Translations under genes and position numbers: made by a program
Shown: piece by piece, positions 61,055 to 64,000 of the stretch
Position numbering within the stretch: the first letter of the stretch is position 1
Layout: each line of letters starts with the position of its first letter
Notes under the pieces: generated by a model
Database searches by the model: none
Told to the model about the DNA's origin: nothing
The model's input: the letters and a program-made list of their open reading frames with translations, nothing else
From: Candidatus Delongbacteria bacterium
Lineage (GTDB): Bacteria; CAIWAD01
Length of the DNA stretch: 64,000 nt
Direction: 5' to 3'
Assembly: GCA_963663545.1 (NCBI GenBank)
Contig: OY760505.1
Span: forward strand, 704,001-768,000

Positions 61055-62233
61055 TTATTGCCCGCGCACTACTTTGGCGTAGTTCTCAGGGTCCGTATCC
61101 CCCTCGGTGTTGATCAGGAGAACACGGCTAGTATCACACAGTCCCAACGAAGTGCGTGCCTCCTTCAGGCTGTCCTTTGTCATGAGCGCCAACAACGCAG
61201 CCAGCCCTGACGCTCCCGATTCACCGGATACTACGCCTTCGCGTGCATAGGCTCGCATGGCCTGCTCTGCAAAGTCGTCGCTGACTGAGACGAACAGGTC
61301 GAATGTGTCACGGACGATAGGCCAGGCCAGTGGCGAAGGGATACCGCAGTTCAAACCGGCCATAATGGACTCCTGCGCGCCCTTTGTAGGAACAGGCTCT
61401 CCGGTGCCGTGGATCACGGATTCCAGGAAGCAGTCGGAATCGTCGGGCTCTACGCACACCAGCCGCGGACGTCGCTCGTGATACTTCATGGCGTAATAGG
61501 AAGCACCAGCAGCAGCCAACCCACCCACACCAGCGGGTAGCACGACGAGGTCTATGCCTGCCTGATCGGGCAGATTCAGGCTTTGCTCCAACTCACGGAA
61601 AATGGTGGTGTACCCCAGCAGAATGAAGCCGGGAATCTCCATGTAGCCCTCGTAAGCCGTATCCGAAATGGCCTGCCAGCCATGTTGCGCAGCATCACGC
61701 GCGCACTGGGCCACGCAATCATCAAACCTGCCGGCGACCAGAACGACACGCGCGCCCTCACCCTCGATGTTTGTCACACGCGAAGCCGCCGTGTTGTCGG
61801 GCATGTAGATCACCGCCCGCTGCTTCAGCCGATTGGCGGTCCAAGCCACGGCACGACCGTGATTGCCGTCGGTGGCCGCACAAAAGGTGAAGGTGCCAAG
61901 CATGCTCATGGTAGCCGGATCTTTGAACTGCTCGCTGCTTAGCGTATTGCCGAACTTCTCCCGCCACATCTCCTGTAACACTCTGAAAATGGCGTAGCTG
62001 GCTCCCAGCGCCTTGAAGGCCTTGATACCGAAGCGATGGGATTCATCTTTTACCCAGATTTCACCCAGCCCCAGTTCTTCTGCAAGTGTATCACACTTCA
62101 CCAGCGGCGTTGGCTCGTAACCCGGCAGCGAGCGATGAAACTCCAGCATATCGTTCCTGGATAGAAATGAATACGAAGCAGAGCTCCAGTCAGGATTGGA
62201 TTTGATCATCGGGTTCGTTCGAAAGGCAGTCAC
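61055..62233 (-). CDS. dpaL: Diaminopropionate ammonia-lyase (YgeX)
   Basis: KDESHRFGIKAFKALG, ATDGNHG, IMAGLNCG, SGESGA, NTEGDTDP; GTG start with GAGG RBS. Confidence 0.93.
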   Translation of the reverse strand: MTAFRTNPMIKSNPDWSSASYSFLSRNDMLEFHRSLPGYEPTPLVKCDTLAEELGLGEIWVKDESHRFGIKAFKALGASYAIFRVLQEMWREKFGNTLSSEQFKDPATMSMLGTFTFCAATDGNHGRAVAWTANRLKQRAVIYMPDNTAASRVTNIEGEGARVVLVAGRFDDCVAQCARDAAQHGWQAISDTAYEGYMEIPGFILLGYTTIFRELEQSLNLPDQAGIDLVVLPAGVGGLAAAGASYYAMKYHERRPRLVCVEPDDSDCFLESVIHGTGEPVPTKGAQESIMAGLNCGIPSPLAWPIVRDTFDLFVSVSDDFAEQAMRAYAREGVVSGESGASGLAALLALMTKDSLKEARTSLGLCDTSRVLLINTEGDTDPENYAKVVRGQ

Positions 62234-62278
62234 AGTTTTTCCTCTTCGTATCACAATTCCACTGCTGGAATCGGTGTT

Positions 62279-64000
62279 TCATTGACAATACAACTCCGGT
62301 CGTGATCCAAGCGCCTTCAGTAGCAGATACATCTCGAACATGCGTTCGATGTGCCCGGAATCAAGGTCCCCGCCCTCCGGCAGCTCCACGCGTACGGTTT
62401 GCTCAGCAAGGCGCGCTACGGCGCTGATTCCTGGACAAGCATAATGCAGCTCGCCCGCACGCAGGCACAGACTCGCAACACCGTGTTCGGTGTTGCATTC
62501 GATCGATGATCCTTGCTCACTTGGCGTCAGCCTGTACCCGCCTGTTGTTTCTGCGAAGCTCTGTGTGCTCAAACACAACCGAGGTTTATCGAGGGCGGGG
62601 AAGCCGGCTGTGGGACAGAAACTCCGGCAGTTGCCACACTCGTTGCAGAAGTCGGCGAGATTCAGAACCTGCACCCGCTGTGTCACGCGTAGATGATGCG
62701 TCCTTTGCTGCATCGTACTCTCTCCCGCCTTGATGGACAGGGTGAGTGGCAGCGACAAGGCTTCGCTCTCGTAGCCGATGTTGGCGCGATTGGGGCACAC
62801 GGTAACACAGACATCGCAGACTTCGTCACACATCAGACAGCGGGATGCCTCCGCCACAGCGGCCTCTCTGGAAAGCGGCTGCACTACTGGATCAAAACCG
62901 AAACGTTCGCAAAGCGGCAACTGGCCAACTCCCTCAGAAGGCTGACGCCTTGAGGCGCGTAGTGCTTTTTCGCTTCGATTGATCTTGCTCAGCTGCGTAT
63001 CACGGACACGTGTTCTACCAGATTTCAGCAGGATATCCTCGGCCACACGCCGGCCATCGGCGACGGCCTGAATGATGGTCTGCGGACCGCGTAGCGCATC
63101 TCCACCGATGTAGAGCTTCTCATCGCTGGTTTGCAGCTTCGTATCACCAAACTTCACACCCGCATCCTGCAGGAAGCTCAGCTCAGCCTGTTGTCCAACT
63201 GCGATTATCAGCGTATCACAGCTCAGTCGAGCTTCGGCACCGGCGATCGGTTCAGGTCGTCTGCGGCCACTTGCATCCGCATCCCCCAGACGCATGCGCG
63301 CTGCGGTCAGCTCAAGCCGACCCGCTAAGGCTGCAATAGACACCGGCGTCATCAGCTCACGGAGCTCAACGCCCTCCTCCAGGCAGTCCAGGACTTCTTC
63401 GCGCTCAGCGGGCATTTCCTTCTGCGTGCGGCGATAGAGAATTGTCACACGCCCCTGCTCTCCCGCAAGACGTCGTGCCGTACGTGCAGCATCCATCGCG
63501 CTATTACCGCCGCCCACGACAATCACGTCTGAGCCAATGGAAGCCAGCTCTCCGCTTTTGGCCAGACGAAGGAAACGCAGGGCATCCCAGACTCCCTCCA
63601 ACTCCTCACCGGGAACCCCCAGCTTACGTCCTACCGAGGCTCCCGCTGCGATGAAGACAAAGTCGTAGTCCGACGACAGTTGCTGGAACGCACTCTGTGT
63701 CACGGGATGATTGAAGTGAATCCTCACACCCACCTTGTACAGGCGCTTCAGATCAGCATCAAGGGCGGCGTCGGTCAGTCGATAGCGAGGTATCACCGCC
63801 CGGGCCATGCCGCCTGCATCCGATGCGGACTCAAAGATCTCCACCTGTACTCCCGCCAGCGCCAGAAACCACGCGCAGGAAAGGCCCGCTGGACCGGCTC
63901 CCACAATGGCAACACGGGTTCGGCCCGTCTGCGTCTGTGCAGGAAGTGTCAGCGGCTCGCCGTTCTCTTGCACGAAGCGTTTGACCTCGCGAATCTGCAA
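62279..64000 (-). CDS. ygfK: YgfK-like Fe-S flavoprotein oxidoreductase (5' end outside window)
   Basis: GAGPAG, GGGNSAMD, RCLMC...CDVCVTVCPNRAN, DFCNECGNC...CP. Confidence 0.9.
   Translation of the reverse strand: MQIREVKRFVQENGEPLTLPAQTQTGRTRVAIVGAGPAGLSCAWFLALAGVQVEIFESASDAGGMARAVIPRYRLTDAALDADLKRLYKVGVRIHFNHPVTQSAFQQLSSDYDFVFIAAGASVGRKLGVPGEELEGVWDALRFLRLAKSGELASIGSDVIVVGGGNSAMDAARTARRLAGEQGRVTILYRRTQKEMPAEREEVLDCLEEGVELRELMTPVSIAALAGRLELTAARMRLGDADASGRRRPEPIAGAEARLSCDTLIIAVGQQAELSFLQDAGVKFGDTKLQTSDEKLYIGGDALRGPQTIIQAVADGRRVAEDILLKSGRTRVRDTQLSKINRSEKALRASRRQPSEGVGQLPLCERFGFDPVVQPLSREAAVAEASRCLMCDEVCDVCVTVCPNRANIGYESEALSLPLTLSIKAGESTMQQRTHHLRVTQRVQVLNLADFCNECGNCRSFCPTAGFPALDKPRLCLSTQSFAETTGGYRLTPSEQGSSIECNTEHGVASLCLRAGELHYACPGISAVARLAEQTVRVELPEGGDLDSGHIERMFEMYLLLKALGSRPELYCQ

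Noticed and set aside
58470..64000. Selenocysteine recoding in xdh/ygfK
   Set aside because: The frames are open with no in-frame TGA; this Xdh class uses labile selenium.

Overview
A GC-rich (by eye about 57-60%) bacterial window. The many secreted proteins ending in a YPNPFN-type C-terminal sorting domain point to an FCB-superphylum organism (inference). From left to right it contains: yceD-rpmF-fabH-fabD; a 1539-aa secreted protein with an internal duplication; a 116-bp MITE-like inverted repeat; two tandem cation:proton antiporters; a Cys/His-rich leader ORF ending in FRPP ahead of a TonB-dependent receptor; a five-gene tandem array of small secreted proteins with hypervariable N-domains on a near-identical C-terminal domain; a metallophosphoesterase; a ggt-pgsW-transporter-deacylase operon; tRNA-Arg(ACG); an approximately 16-kb defence island (SNF2/DUF3883 helicase, cargo genes, ABC-ATPase + TOPRIM pair, IS3-split DUF1156 methyltransferase, DUF499 ATPase); four more secreted proteins; and an anaerobic purine-degradation cluster (ygfK, dpaL, xdh, ssnA, PLP enzyme, hydA). 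The most striking unexplained signals are (1) a highly iterated quasi-palindrome GTRWYAC, mainly GTGATAC/GTATCAC, with about 70 copies counted by eye against about 6 expected, and (2) the variable/constant secreted-protein array. All assignments come from motif recognition; no database searches were run.
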